Notes under the pieces: model-generated
The model's database searches: none
The model's input: only the letters and a program-made list of their open reading frames with translations
Told to the model about the DNA's origin: nothing
Source of the DNA: Octopus sinensis
Taxonomy: Eukaryota
Assembly: GCF_006345805.1 (NCBI RefSeq)
Contig: NC_043024.1
Location: 1,612,001 to 1,676,000, forward strand
Direction of reading: 5' to 3'
DNA length: 64,000 nt
Translations under genes and position numbers: made by a program
In this document: one piece after another, positions 1-12,181 of the stretch
How the letters are laid out: each line of letters begins with the position of its first letter
Numbering within the stretch: the stretch's first letter is position 1

Positions 1-1222
1 TGGCTGCAAAGAGAGATTAGAAATGGATAGTTGAGTATATATGATAAGTGGATATCAAGGTATATATAATATATATATATAGATATGTGAATATTAGAGT
101 GTGTATATATATATATAAATGGGTGAATGAATTATCCTTTGTTTACATTGTTTATTCCTTTGGAATAAAACCAATGTTGTCTTTGAAACATATGTCGAAA
201 GTAAATGAATTTGAATAGCATCAGCGTTCAACTCCATTTTGAAAACCATCTTCTGCAAGTTCTTTCATTCAATAAGCTACCAGGTGTATACAGTTTATCA
301 CCATCATCGTTTAACGTCTGCTTTCCATGCTAGCATGGGTTGGACGATTTGACTGAGGGCTGGCGAACCAGATGGCTGCACCAGGCTTCAATCTTGATAT
401 GGCATCATATAATTATAATAATAATAATAATAATATTATATAAATATATATTTATGTATTGAGACACGTGGGATGGAGAGTCACTGAAGAGGTCACAGGA
501 GATGTGACAAAAGATTTCCAGATAAAAGACATAAAATGTTTGTTTGTTTTTGTTTTTCCAGTTTCAGCTCTTGAGCTGTGGCCATGCTGGGGCACCGCCA
601 TTGTGGTGAAAGAGTACAGCAGGGATCACCACCCCTGCCGGAGCCTCGTAGAGCTTTTTTAGGTGTTTTTCGCTCAATAAAACACACAACGCCCGGTCTG
701 AGAATCGAAACCGCGATCCTGCGACCGCGAGTCCGCTGCCCTAACACTGGGCCATTGCGCCTCTACTATTATTCACATCGCTTTTAATTATTCAAGCATT
801 ATCTGGTAGCTTTAAGTTTCACTGACATGATTGCAAACAAAGACAGACAAAGGGACTAAATCGATTACATCGACCCAGTACTTAACTGGTACTTATTTAA
901 TCGACCCCGAAAGGATGAAAGGCTAAGTCGACTCGGAAATGATGAACAATAAAATAAAACTGAAGAATGAACGTAAAATGCGTTTGCTTTTTGACAAAAA
1001 AATTTTTTAAAAAGACCATCCCAAAGTATAACTATATATAACTATGTGGAACTATATTAAGATAGGAGCACTGGTAGACTATGACACCAACTTTTGTGGT
1101 GGCAGCGATCCACACCCTGGGGAATCCAGCACACCCAAGAAGACATGGGCAAAACAGATGGAGGAGGAAGACCTAAAGTCACAGTGCCTCAATCTCAAGA
1201 TTATATATATATATATGTATAT

Positions 1223-1586
1223 TACTCTTTACTTGTTTCAGTCATTTGACTGCGGCCATGCTGGAGCACCGCCTTTAATCGAGCAAATCGACCCCGGGAC
1301 TTGTTCTTTGTAAGCCCAGTACTTATTCTATCGGTCTCATTTTGCTGACGGGGACATAAACACACCAGCATCGGTTGTCAAGCAATGCTGGGGGGACAAA
1401 CCCAAACATACACGCACACACATACATACGACGGGCTTCTTTCAGTTTCCATCAACCAAATCCACTCACAAGGCTTTGGTGGGCCCGAGGCTATAGTAGA
1501 AGACACTTGACCAAGGTGCCATGCAGTGGGACTGAACCCGGAACTATGTGGTTGGTAAACGATCTACTTACCACACAGCCACTCCT
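1223..1586 (-). mobile_element. tRNA-headed SINE family D (CORE-like centre, internal (TA/CA)n). Other copies: about 6130-6700(-), 25940-26265(-), 26310-27030(+), 27866-28268(-), 30465-30855(-), 36600-36825(+), 37010-37190(-), 40378-40790(+), 43430-43580(-), 44485-44790(+), 45300-45800(+)
   Basis: Head GGAGTGGCTGTGTGG...GGTTCCGGGTTCAGTCCC (A/B boxes), centre CCTTGGGCAAGTGTCTT, tail GACTGAAACAAGTAAAAGAG. More than 10 mutually alignable copies in the window. Confidence 0.9.
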
Positions 1587-1591
1587 GTGCC

Positions 1592-1623
<32 letters not shown>

Positions 1624-1990
1624 TATTAGAGAGAAACCAGTATGTGGACACCCTTATGCTAGAAATAGATCCGCTATGGTCTTACCACTAAGAAATGTTC
1701 TCAAGAAAAATTTAGCAAAACAACCAATAGCGGATCTATTTCTAGCATAAGGGTGGGATCTTTTCGGTTTGAACGGCAGTTTTTAACAATTTCCACGTAA
1801 CTAAACACTTTTAAACTTCTGTGCCGTATGAATATGTCCCTCGTTTAAGAAACAGATTGGGTTTATTTACATTTATGAAGAAAAAAAGAAACCCTTCTCC
1901 CTAACCCTAAAACAGATTGAAATGCAATAGATCGATACTAGGGTCATAATTATGGGAGACAATTTCATATGACACCGCTAGAAAAAACTG

Positions 1991-2022
<32 letters not shown>

Positions 2023-2096
2023 GAAATGAGGTACTCAGAAAATCGGATGGTTTATATTTACAGATATTTATTTATATATATATATACATATTATAG

Positions 2097-2350
2097 GGAA
2101 ATCACTATGTGGACACCCTTATGCTAGAAATAGATCCGCTATGGTCTTACCACTAAGAAATGTTCTCAAGAAAAATTTAGCAAAACAACCAACAGCGGAT
2201 CTATTTCTAGCATAAGGGTGTCCACATAGTGGTTTCTCTCTAATATGTATACAATACAATTCTACTGAACCTTAAGTCTTTTTATATGCCAGACCACTGG
2301 TGTGAAATCGATGTTAATTAAATTAATATCGAATTTCTCACCCTCATTTT
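2097..2350. mobile_element. Foldback (long-TIR) element plus conserved tail. Related copies: 1625-1756, 15603-15935, 33985-34240
   Basis: Arms such as TATGTGGACACCCTTATGCTAGAAATAGATCCGCT / AGCGGATCTATTTCTAGCATAAGGGTGTCCACATA surround a TGTTCTCAAGAAAAA centre. Tail AGACCACTGG...TTAATATC.AATTTCT.ACCCT. Confidence 0.7.
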
Positions 2351-2387
2351 AAATTTAAAAATTATTTATATATATATATTATTACAG

Positions 2388-2768
2388 ATATATAAAAGTG
2401 AAGTTGTGTGTCTGTCTCCTCCAATTTAGATTCCTAACTACTCCCACATTTTGCGGTGCAGTTTAACCAAAACCGGGTATCTTATAGTCGTGATTCATAT
2501 CGAGCCCTTCTGGGTATTAGCGCGCGTCTACGATGAGTCTACGATTTTAAAAATAATTTACCATCATTTTTTTTCCATTTTAATGCATTTCTTTCGCTAT
2601 TATAAGGGAAGTAACTCTCTAAAAATGTCTACGATGAGTCAACGATTTTTAATAAAATTTACCATAATTTTCTTTCCATTTTTAATGCATTTTTTGCTAT
2701 AACTCTCTAAAAATGCTTATATAGTTATTTCCCTTACAAACCCGAGCAACGCCGGGCGATACTGCTAG
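2388..2768 (+). mobile_element. Non-autonomous Helitron-like element
   Basis: Starts ...atatataaaagtgaagttgtgtgtctg. Ends with a GC hairpin CCCGAGCAACGCCGGG (2741-2756) and CTAG|T. Internal tandem duplication of about 100 bp. Shares termini with the 25160-25549 element. Confidence 0.75.
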
Positions 2769-3319
2769 TTACAGATATAGGGTGAAAGGTTATTGATTTA
2801 ATAAAAATCAACAAATTTCACCTAGAAGTTTTTCGGTATGGAAAATGACCATATTTGGTAAAAACTTATACAAAAAGTTTTTATATATAATTATAATAAT
2901 AAGGGTTTAGCAACAGGTTGCTTGACCACATACCGAAAATTTAGAAATAGCAGCCAAAAGACTACTATATCCTTCTTCTACAAAAATATGTCTCCACAGA
3001 CAACAATATTTGTACATGGCAAAAACGAAGAAAAATAATGATGGATGCGTTTCTGGATTAGATTAATTTCCGTTGGGTTGTCCGGAAAGTTATTTTAGAA
3101 GGTGTTTGAGTCCCTGAAATAGGATTTGACTCCACCGCCATTGAGAGCAGAGTTGAAGCCATTGCTTGATTAGGCAACATGTGCTTCTTTGAGTTCGTGA
3201 AGTCATTATGTCTTTTGTGGGAAGAAATGGGACAAAGTTGTGAAAAAGTCGTAAGGAGAACGAATAGCACGAGGTGCTTGTTGCTTGCTTGCCATTCTTT
3301 TTTTATTTCTCATTTTAGG

Positions 3320-4467
3320 TGAAAGGAAAGAGGTCGTCCCTTGGTCATGGAGACCTGTGGCGAGGGTTGCTGCAAGAAGTGTCGCGCCTCTGGGTTTTGA
3401 AAAGAATGTTATAATTTATGAAGAAGAAATACAAAGAAGCGAACGGTACGTGAGAAGGGAAGGAGAAAGCATCCAGCTGGTCCCTGCAGCAGAAACAACA
3501 GAGGATAAAAACCTTAAGACCATTGTATATAAAACCCAAGACACGGACACAAAGGAAATAGTTTGGATGTCGGAAGAAGAAATGGAAAAATGTCTGGGAG
3601 ACGAAATGGAAAGAGCAACTTATGTCGGCTGAAGGAAGAAGTTCGGGACGATGGAGGTGAGGTTTGCCACAAGAGGCAGCCTCGCTATCTTAAGAACAGA
3701 AAGGTTTACAATGTTACCCAGTTATAAAGGAAGAAGAAGTATCAAGGTTAAGATTCCGAGTATACGGCTGGAAATGAAAACAATGTCTGGTGGCAGCGAT
3801 TCTAGGGTCTACAAAAGACGAACCCGAACTGGGTCCTGTTACTGAAACCGATACGGTGAACTGGAGGGGATTCGGAGTCGAAATGTGGCTTACATAGAGA
3901 GAATCCCCTTCCATATCGAAGTGGAAAATGAACCAACGATAAATGTTATTGTCGAAGGAAGGAGACCCATTTGTTATCTGTGCGGAACGAGAAGACATAG
4001 AAGGACTGGATGGCCATTAAATGGATTTACACGAAGTAAAGAGACGACAGAAAAGGAAGAAAACGAGCAAAAGAAAGAACAAAGACAGGAGAAAGTTCAG
4101 ACAGAAGAAAAAAACAGTGAACTGAAAGAGAAAGAAAACTAAAAGGTCTAAAAGAAGAGAGCCAAGGAACCACCATTCCGAAAAGTAGAAAAAGATCGAA
4201 GACGGAGAGGAAAACAAAGGTAAGGATACGGTTGGATTTTATGGAGCATTTGTAATTTACAAAGATCCTATGAAATAGAGAAGAAATTATGGAGAATGAA
4301 GGGAGTAACAAGGGTTAGGATGGGAAGTAAGTATGACGATGATGAGATTGGTGTTTTGGTCCATGCGGACAGTTTGGCGAATTTCATGGAAGTCGTCAGA
4401 AAGAATATTCTGGAAGAGAAGAGGTTTCGGTTTATGGATGACCCACCTCCCGGAATTGGATTATGAG
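3320..4467 (+). mobile_element. Decayed LINE ORF1/gag-like element with CCHC zinc knuckle (L1/Tx1-like)
   Basis: Frameshifted, stop-broken frames across 3285-4467. VIVEGRRPI-CYLC-GTRR-H-RRTG-W(P) is a CX2CX4HX4C with the last C mutated, followed by a K/E-rich tail. No ORF2 seen. Confidence 0.65.
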
Positions 4468-4793
4468 GGGTCGAAAAGAAAGATAGACCATCTCTGAAAT
4501 TAAAGAAAATTGGGGAAAAATGTAGGAAAAAAAAACTTCGTTTATTGAAATTTATTTTTTTGTAAATTTTGCGAACTTCAGTTGTAATTGTGAAATCGAT
4601 AATCGATAATGAGAAAATCAATTAAGGGAAAAGACTGGCCAAATCGAATGGGCATTGCGCCTTATTATAACATCTTATCATAATTCATTCATTTTGTTTA
4701 ATTTCTTCGTCTTTATTCATCCTCTTTTGTTATTTTATGTTCCCCGATTCTATCGTCCCCATCTCTGTATAGACCTTTATGGATAACAAAGAA

Positions 4794-4849
4794 TTATAGA
4801 GCACAGTTTAAGCCATCTTTTCTTGGAAGAAGGTTTATGTTCCTATAAC
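4794..4849 (-). CDS. SOUL-domain gene terminal coding exon ((R)YRNINLLPRKDGLNCAL*)
   Basis: Acceptor tatacatacag|GT, phase 1 matching the previous exon. TAA at 4796-4794. Minus-strand AATAAA candidates at 4717-4712 and 4546-4541. Confidence 0.7.
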
Positions 4850-5291
4850 CTGTATGTATATATATTAGAAGGTTAGGAGATGATGTACAGGTATTTTACA
4901 TTAGAAGAAATTCGGATGGTTTTATATTTACAGATATTTATTTGTATATTACATGTTTTTATGCATCATATAACTTATATCTTATATCATATATTAGCGC
5001 TTTCTCCCATTCTAGTAGGGTTTTCAAACCGAACTAAGTTCCTGTGAAAAAGTTTTGACCATTTTATATATATATATATATCGTTTGTGGATCACATATC
5101 CGAAAAAGAAGCACATTCTACAAGTTCGATCAGTAATGGATTTTTGCACAGTTAAGCATATGGCAGGTCATATAGTGACCAATGGTTTTGTACCCAGAAG
5201 GTGCTTGGCCTTGTAGACGGCTCAACAGACCCCAATGGTTGCAGGCAGATAAGCTTCTTTGCAAAATGGAGAGAGAGAGAGAAACATTTAC

Positions 5292-5433
5292 GATCAATGA
5301 ATTCTGTAAAAAGAAAATATTTGTCTGGGCCTTGGCTGCGATGGGTTATCGCCCTTAGATCAGCGAATTTCTTTTTTACGACCCCAAAAGACAATTTATG
5401 AGCAGTTTTCACAAGATTCCGCAACAACATTGG
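5292..5433 (-). CDS. SOUL-domain gene coding exon 8 (PMLLRNLV...FTEFID)
   Basis: Acceptor ctgatttcttcag|CCA, donor C|gtaaat followed by a (CT)n intron tract. 142 nt, phase 0 to 1. Confidence 0.8.
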
Positions 5434-5806
5434 CTGAAGAAATCAGACTGGTTTTGATTTGCATGGAAGCCATATTGATATCATTACCAAAATTACATAG
5501 TAGAGGTACGTGGCTTAGCGGTTAAGGTGTTGGAATCGTGATCATAAAATTGTGGTTTCAATTCTTGGACCAGGCGATGTGTTGTGTTCTTGAGCAAAAC
5601 GCTTCATTTCACGTTGCTCTCCTCCACTCAGCTGGCAAAAGGGAGTAACCCTGCGAGGGGATGGCGCCCTGTCCCAGTGGGGGAATTTATACGCGATGGA
5701 GAACAGCCTTTGTGGGTCAGCATACATTCATACACACACACACACACACACGCAAGCACACACACTTTGCTGTAAATGGAATTGAAAATGTCTCAGAGTT
5801 ACTCAC

Positions 5807-5949
5807 GTTGGTTGGGCATGGTGGGGCCTCCTTATTAACATAGAACTGCATCTGGTATTTCTGCGGGCAAGTGCTTTGAGCTGGTTGCTTTGTGATCTTC
5901 GTCATTACAGGAATCGTCCTATTTATCGTCAAGTTCAAACTATTTTGTC
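5807..5949 (-). CDS. SOUL-domain gene coding exon 7 (QNSLNLTINRTIPV...APPCPTN)
   Basis: Acceptor tttgtttgatttcag|GA, donor AAC|gtgagt. 143 nt, phase 1 to 0. Contains the strongest SOUL-like motifs. Confidence 0.92.
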
Positions 5950-6865
5950 CTGAAATCAAACAAATCAGAGATCAAATTATTGATTACAAAAGTCAATTCC
6001 CTCTCTTTTTATTTATTTATTTAATTTTTGTTTTTTGGCGGTAAATTCATTAGCAATTAAACTTATACAGGTGACCCATAAAGTACCTTTGTGAAGGCAC
6101 ATGACTCAATGGTCAGAGCCACTCACATGGCTTTGATTGGCTTGAGGCTATAGTAGAAGACACTTGCCCAAGGTGCCACACAGTGGGACTGAACCCAGAA
6201 CCATGTGGTTGGGAAGCAAGCTTCTTACCACACAGCCACGCCTGTGCCTATTCTTTTTTTTTTTTTACTTGTTTCAGTCATTTGACTGTGGCCATGTTGG
6301 AGCACTACCTTTAGTTGAACAAATCGACCCAAGACTTATTCTTTGTAAGCCTAGTACTTATTCTGTCGGTCTCTTTTGCTGAACCACTAAGTTATAGGGA
6401 CATAAACACACCAACATCAGTTGTCAAGCAATGAAATGGAGTGAAACACACACACAATTACACACACACACACACACACACACACAATTATACATGCATA
6501 CACACGTGCACACACATATATACACGATCGGCTTCTTTCAGTTTCTGTCTACCAAATCCACTCACAAAGCTTTGGTCAGACTGATGCTCTTGTAGACGAC
6601 ACTGGCCCAAGGTGTCGCCCAAGGTGCCACGCACTGGGACTGAACCTGGAACCATGTGGTTGGGAAGCAAGCTTCTTACCACACAGCCATGCTTGTACCT
6701 ATGATGACAAACAAAAAACAATAATGGTGACTTAATTAATGCTCCATAATTAGAAATCAATTAAAATTATTACCAGATTGTAATAAACCCTGGGTTCACA
6801 GGATTGGCCAAAATTCTTGAAGGCACTGCTCCATTATGAGCATAATTTAATGAAACAATACTCAC

Positions 6866-7033
6866 CCCTGAAGTAGCCAAAGTTGTTCATATACTGATCC
6901 ATGATTGCGGCATTGTACGAACAGTTCTTCTCCGCGTAGTCTTTGGCTGCACCAGTCACAATGTACATGGACATTTTGCGTGTCTCTACGTTGTCTTTCA
7001 AACAGTACGTTGTGTTTGGACAACTGTATCCGG
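6866..7033 (-). CDS. SOUL-domain gene coding exon 6 (GYSCPNTTYC...NFGYFR)
   Basis: Acceptor ccttctttgtctgtcacag|CC, donor G|gtgagt. 168 nt, phase 1 to 1. N-glycosylation sequons NTT and NCS. Confidence 0.92.
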
Positions 7034-7711
7034 CTGTGACAGACAAAGAAGGAAGTGGAGATGAGAGACAGGGGAAGAAAAGAAATCGTTGGTCATCATA
7101 ACATTTAATTTTACTTATTTGCATTCACACCTTTGCTTTATTCACCTTTCTGTCTTTTCTTTATTCACCTTTCTCTAATATGATGGAATGTCCTGACAAC
7201 ATCTTCACCGCCATCCTTTTAATATGCTTATCATTATACATCACTATTTTCCTCTCGTTCTGCTGGAGCCGCGTGGAGCTTAGGTGTTTCGTTCATAAAC
7301 ATACATATCGCCCGGTCTGAGATTTGAACCCACAATCGCTTGACTGCGAGTCCGCTGCTCTAACCACTAGGCCATGTGCCTCCACAATTTACATAATATT
7401 GAGGTCTCATTCATTCTTTTGTTGTCATATTATTATTATTATTATTAATATAATATATATATATTATGTATATGAAATTTTGAATTTAGTTCACAGACCC
7501 CCAGTACTACTGTTACAGACCACGAGGGGTCCATGCACCCCAGTTTGGGAACCTCCGAACTAAGGAATATCTCAATTTAAACTCTGTGACTAAAGCCATT
7601 CTGTTGTGGTTCAAGCTGGCAAGGGACATAACCGTCTCCCCATCAGTCTACCTGGCTGACGAGCAGGTTACACACCTACATCCTGAACTTTGTGATAAAG
7701 AAGAAACTTAC

Positions 7712-7800
7712 ACTTTCCTGAGCAGAGGCTTGGAATATCGCTGTCATCAGGGGCAGGTTTACTCCGACGGAAATGTGGAGGCTTGTCAAACCATAGTTTA
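7712..7800 (-). CDS. SOUL-domain gene coding exon 5 (KLWFDKPP...SLCSGK), inter-domain linker
   Basis: Acceptor tttctttgtcctttcag|T, donor T|gtaagt. 89 nt, phase 2 to 1. Confidence 0.88.
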
Positions 7801-7964
7801 CTGAAAGGACAAAGAAACAACAAACGTATATATTTATGTATATACAACAAATACATACATACATACTCATATATGTATACACACACACACAGAGTTATTA
7901 ATGAGGGGTTATTAAGTGGGGCAAAATACTTAATACACCAGGCTAACAAAAGATTTTAGAACTC

Positions 7965-8296
7965 TGCATATTCTCGTGAAATTAACGTGTAAGTGGCTGA
8001 GCACTCCACAGACACGTGTACCCTTAACGTAGTTCTTGGGGATATTCAGCGTGACACAGAGAGTGACAAGGCTGGCCCCTTGAAATACAGGTACGACAGA
8101 AACAGGAAGTAAGAGTGAGAGAAAGTTATGGTGAAAGAGTACAGCAGGGATCACCACCATCCCCTGCTGGAGCCTCGTGGAGCTTTTTAGGTGTTTTTGC
8201 TCAATAAACACTCACAACGCCTGGTCTGGGAATCGAAACCGCGATCCTACGACCGCGAGTACGGTGCCCTAACCACTGGGCCATTGCGCCTCCACG
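7965..8296 (-). mobile_element. tRNA-headed SINE family B. Other copies: about 598-765(-), 7260-7385(-), 10440-10653(-), 28830-28950(+), 32812-33350(-), 34975-35527(-), 46200-46330(-), 48240-48540
   Basis: Head GGAGGCGCAATGGCCCAGTGGTTAGGG...GGTTTCGATTCCCAGACC (A/B boxes). Body ends GGAACCCTCGTCGTCGTAACCGACGGAGTGC. Many copies in the window. Confidence 0.9.
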
Positions 8297-8301
8297 ATTG
8301 A

Positions 8302-8384
<83 letters not shown>

Positions 8385-9060
8385 CAAGCAAGGTAGAAAG
8401 TCAGAAAGTCTCTAGAAGGAATGAAAGTAGTGACCCTACAGACAAGGGACGTTTACTGCCCCATCAATGGGGCTGTTCTGTAGGAGTCGATGTTGCTACT
8501 GGTTTTAATGCCAGGAGGAGCCTTTGTTATAAAAAACCAGCTCCTTCTTCAGAGGAAAGATTTAAATCATTAAACACAGAACAGAAATACATACATACAT
8601 ATATATGTATAAATATATATATGTGTATAAATATATATATATGTATAAATATATATATATATGTATATAATCCTTTCTACTAAAGGCAAGAAGCCCTGAA
8701 ATTTTGGGAGAAGGGACAAGTCGATTACACTGACCCCGGTGCATAACTGGTTCTTTATCAACCCCGAAGGGATGAAAGGCAAAGTCAGCCTCAGTGAAAT
8801 TTGAACTCGGAACGTAAAGACAGATGAAATATCTATTTCTTTACTACCCACAAGGGGCTAAACACAGAGAGGACAAACGGATTAAGTCAATTGTATCGAC
8901 CCCAGTGCGTAACTGGTACTTATTTAATCGACCCTGAAAGGATGAAAGGCAAAGTCGACCTCGGCGGAATTTGAACTCAGAACGTAACGGCAGACGAAAT
9001 ACCACTAAGCATTTTACCCGGAGTGCTAACGATTCTGCCAGCTCACTGCCCTTAATAATA

Positions 9061-9097
<37 letters not shown>

Positions 9098-9584
9098 CCT
9101 TGGATGGAATTTACAAACATTTAATGCATTGCACTAATGTTATATTAGCTGAAGAAATTAATCCATGAAGATGATCAACCCGATGCCCACGGATACTAAG
9201 GACTCCTCAGTAATCGTCTCAGGAATGCAGACTATGATCATAAGAGACAGGTGATTTGAGGAAACGTGCGTAACTTGAGGTGAGAAATTGATTGAGAGAC
9301 GTTTTGGGATGCTACAGTGGTTGCTTTACTGTGAAAACAGGGATTTTATTGATTTTGGGGGGACACTTGGGGGTCTAGATTGGACACCTTTTGCCCGATT
9401 TCAATCAAATTTTCAACATGGTAAAATGGAAGCGGATTTGTAATTTAAGCGCAGAAAATGGGTTCGCAATTTTGAAAATTAAGGCAAGATTTAAGAAACA
9501 GAAAGGAAGCAACAGAAAGTAACAACCACACCCTCACCTGTGCGTAGAGCGGGTCACCTTAAGCTAGGATATATATATATTCAC

Positions 9585-9772
9585 CTGAAGGTTGGGGATG
9601 TTGTTTCTAGGTCTTTAAAACCAGTCATATAGAACCAGTCTCTCTGCAAAGCGTTTTGTGATTCATTATAAACTTCAATCAATTTTTGATAAACTTGTAC
9701 CACTGGAACAGGTCCTGAAAAGCATTTTTCGGATACTGTTCTTGGGGTGCCAAGATGGAAGTCCAATTTGAG
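9585..9772 (-). CDS. SOUL-domain gene coding exon 4 (LKLDFHLG...TTSPTF)
   Basis: Acceptor ttttcttcatttcag|CTC, donor AG|gtgaat. 188 nt, phase 0 to 2. Confidence 0.88.
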
Positions 9773-10779
9773 CTGAAATGAAGAAAAGTTTAAAATATTG
9801 GTTTCAAATTTTGACACACGGCCAGTAGTTTGTGGGGAGGGGCTAACTTGAATAGATTGACACCCTAGTATCCAGCTGGTATTTATTTTATCAACCCCGA
9901 AAGAGTGAAAGGCAAATTCGACTTCGGTGGAACTTGACATTCTCTCAAGGTGAATATTGCAGTATTTCAGCATTCTTACGACACATCCACATTAAGTCGG
10001 TTACGAAGTTTGCTGTTTGGCACTTAATATTGCTTCTATCATTTATATCTATTTTTATGCAGCCCAAAAGTTTTTTGCAACATCAGTGCCTAATTAGTGA
10101 GATCCCTACTGCTGATGATGTACAAACATGCTGAAATCACATGATTCAGCACTTCCACCACTGTTGCTGAACAAGTTTAATCTGTAACTGATTTTTCTTT
10201 GCTTTTGGATACTTAATACGATAATATCTCAAAAGGAACACCACAGTATTGTGGCATTCTTATAATACATCTACATTAAGTAGCATTTGCAGTTTGCTGT
10301 TTTGTACAAATAGTAATTTAATATATATGACGTGTGATTGTTGGGCCCCATGCCCAATGAAAGGCTCTCCATAGGAGCTAACTTCAGAGCTATCCGATAG
10401 GGTGGCTTTTAAGCGAGTATATATGGTGGATGGCTATGGAAGCACTCCGTCGGTTACGACGAAGAGGGTTCCGGTAGATCCGATCAACGGAACAGCCTGC
10501 TCGTGAAATTAACGTGTAAGTGGCTGAGCACTCCACAGACACATGTACCCTTAACGTAGTTCTCGGGGATATTCAGCGTGACACAGAGAGTGACAAGGCC
10601 GGCCCTTTGAAATACAGGTACAACAGGTAACCACTGGGCCATTGCGCCTCCACCGAGTATATATATATATATTAGTTTGTTGGTATTGTGTATTTGCTGG
10701 TATTGTTGGTATATATAAATATAATAATATATATATACCAAATACATACGTTTTATATATTATTTTGCACATTACTTAA

Positions 10780-11490
10780 TCATTGTTATATTTTTTTATC
10801 TTATATTTATTCTTTCTATAATATGTAATTTTCTAGATGGTGTAATTTAATTTTTCATTTTGAATTGATAAAAAGTGTTTTTTTTCTAATTTTTTATATA
10901 TGTATTATATTTTGTGAAATTTGATTTAGTATTTCTAAATTGAATTTTTCCCAGTAAGTGTGGAATAATATTCCCTCAAATTATTATTATATATAATAGA
11001 AATATTAAAATTACTAAGTCTCTCTAAAGGAGATTACGGCAGCGTTACTGGATATTAATAGTTATCGCCATACTAATATGGCTGTCTAAATATAAGACTA
11101 AAGCTGTCACTGATTAGCTCCAAGAGGCCTCGCCTCAAGCTAGCTATATGACACACGAACCTGCGTCCATTACAACCTTGAAACAGGGGAGGTCAGCCGC
11201 TTCACCTTGCTAGTCAGACATCTGCAGATATGTTTCAGGGTTGCTGCTCTTTATCAATGCAGCGTAGTCAGAACCAACAGGTGTCGCTATTGACCGCCGT
11301 CTGTTCGAAGATTTTATTTACCTAGTTACAGTGGAATACATCCACTTGTTTTCAATAGTAGAAATATTAAAATTACTAAGTCTCTCTAAAGGAGATTACG
11401 GCAGCGTTACTGGATATTAATATTAATAGCGACAGCTTTAGTCTTATATTTAGACTGCCATATTAGTATGGCGATAACTATTAATATTAT
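10780..11490 (-). mobile_element. Penelope-like terminal remnant with decayed hammerhead and direct plus inverted repeats
   Basis: A direct repeat of about 65 bp (10997 and 11358) is followed by mutually inverted segments of about 60 bp. A degenerate hammerhead lies at 11214-11260. Confidence 0.55.
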
Positions 11491-11593
11491 TATATATATA
11501 CATATATATATATCTTTTGATGTGTGTGCATGTGTATATGCAAGCATGTGTGTTTGTGTGCATTTTTTTACAATTAATAATGAAACATCTTAC

Positions 11594-11736
11594 CGAGCGA
11601 TCATTAGGAATTGGTAAGTTATTCAAATCGACCGAGTCGAGTGGCATACTGAAGACATATTTCCATTTCAAGTTTCCAATTGCGGGATTGCGTTTCTCAC
11701 CTTGCACAATCAGACCCTTACAGTTGATCTGGTTTC
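11594..11736 (-). CDS. SOUL-domain gene coding exon 3 (NQINCKG...LPIPNDRS)
   Basis: Acceptor ttctctgtttacag|GA, donor TCG|gtaaga. 143 nt, phase 1 to 0. Carries the YVFSMP...LPIPND SOUL-like motif. Confidence 0.85.
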
Positions 11737-12181
11737 CTGTAAACAGAGAATCCTTAAATGAGACGAAGACCGTCTTTGATGCTGCCACTCACTCATGCAT
11801 ACCATTATGCTATCTGCACCATCATATACCATGTACATTCTCCCTATCACATCATAACTGTTATACTATACTCAACTGGATAAAGTGGTTAGCATACAGG
11901 GTTCACAATCCTGAGGTTGTGAGTTCGATTCCTGGACCAGAAACAGAGGGGAGGAGGTGGAGAGAAGGAGAGACAGGGAAAGAGGGGAAGAGATACAGAC
12001 AGACAGATAGAGGGAGAAAGGAAAGAGAGAGAAAAAGTGATAGAGATAAGAAGGAGAGAAAGAAAGAAACATTAAAACGTCTGATGTCAAATAAGACATC
12101 ATCGAATCATCAGTGCCAAAACGCCTTACACCCACAATGCAACAGCAGCAACAATAAGGCTAAGAGAAAGAGTTATCTTAC

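Noticed and set aside
8220-8296. tRNA-like sequences at SINE heads (also about 1520-1586, 41750-41825 and others)
   Set aside because: They have A/B boxes but run straight into SINE bodies without a clean acceptor stem or terminator; these are retroposon heads, not tRNA genes.
8470-8556. CTGAAGA-AGGAGC...GCTCCT hairpin on the minus strand
   Set aside because: No GAAA next to the stem, so it is not a hammerhead.
10108-10150. CTG-CTGATGA...GAAA-TCACATGA-TT-CAG hammerhead-like match (+ strand)
   Set aside because: U-U at positions 10.1/11.1, no continuous stem II, a 2-nt stem III loop and no family context; compatible with chance.
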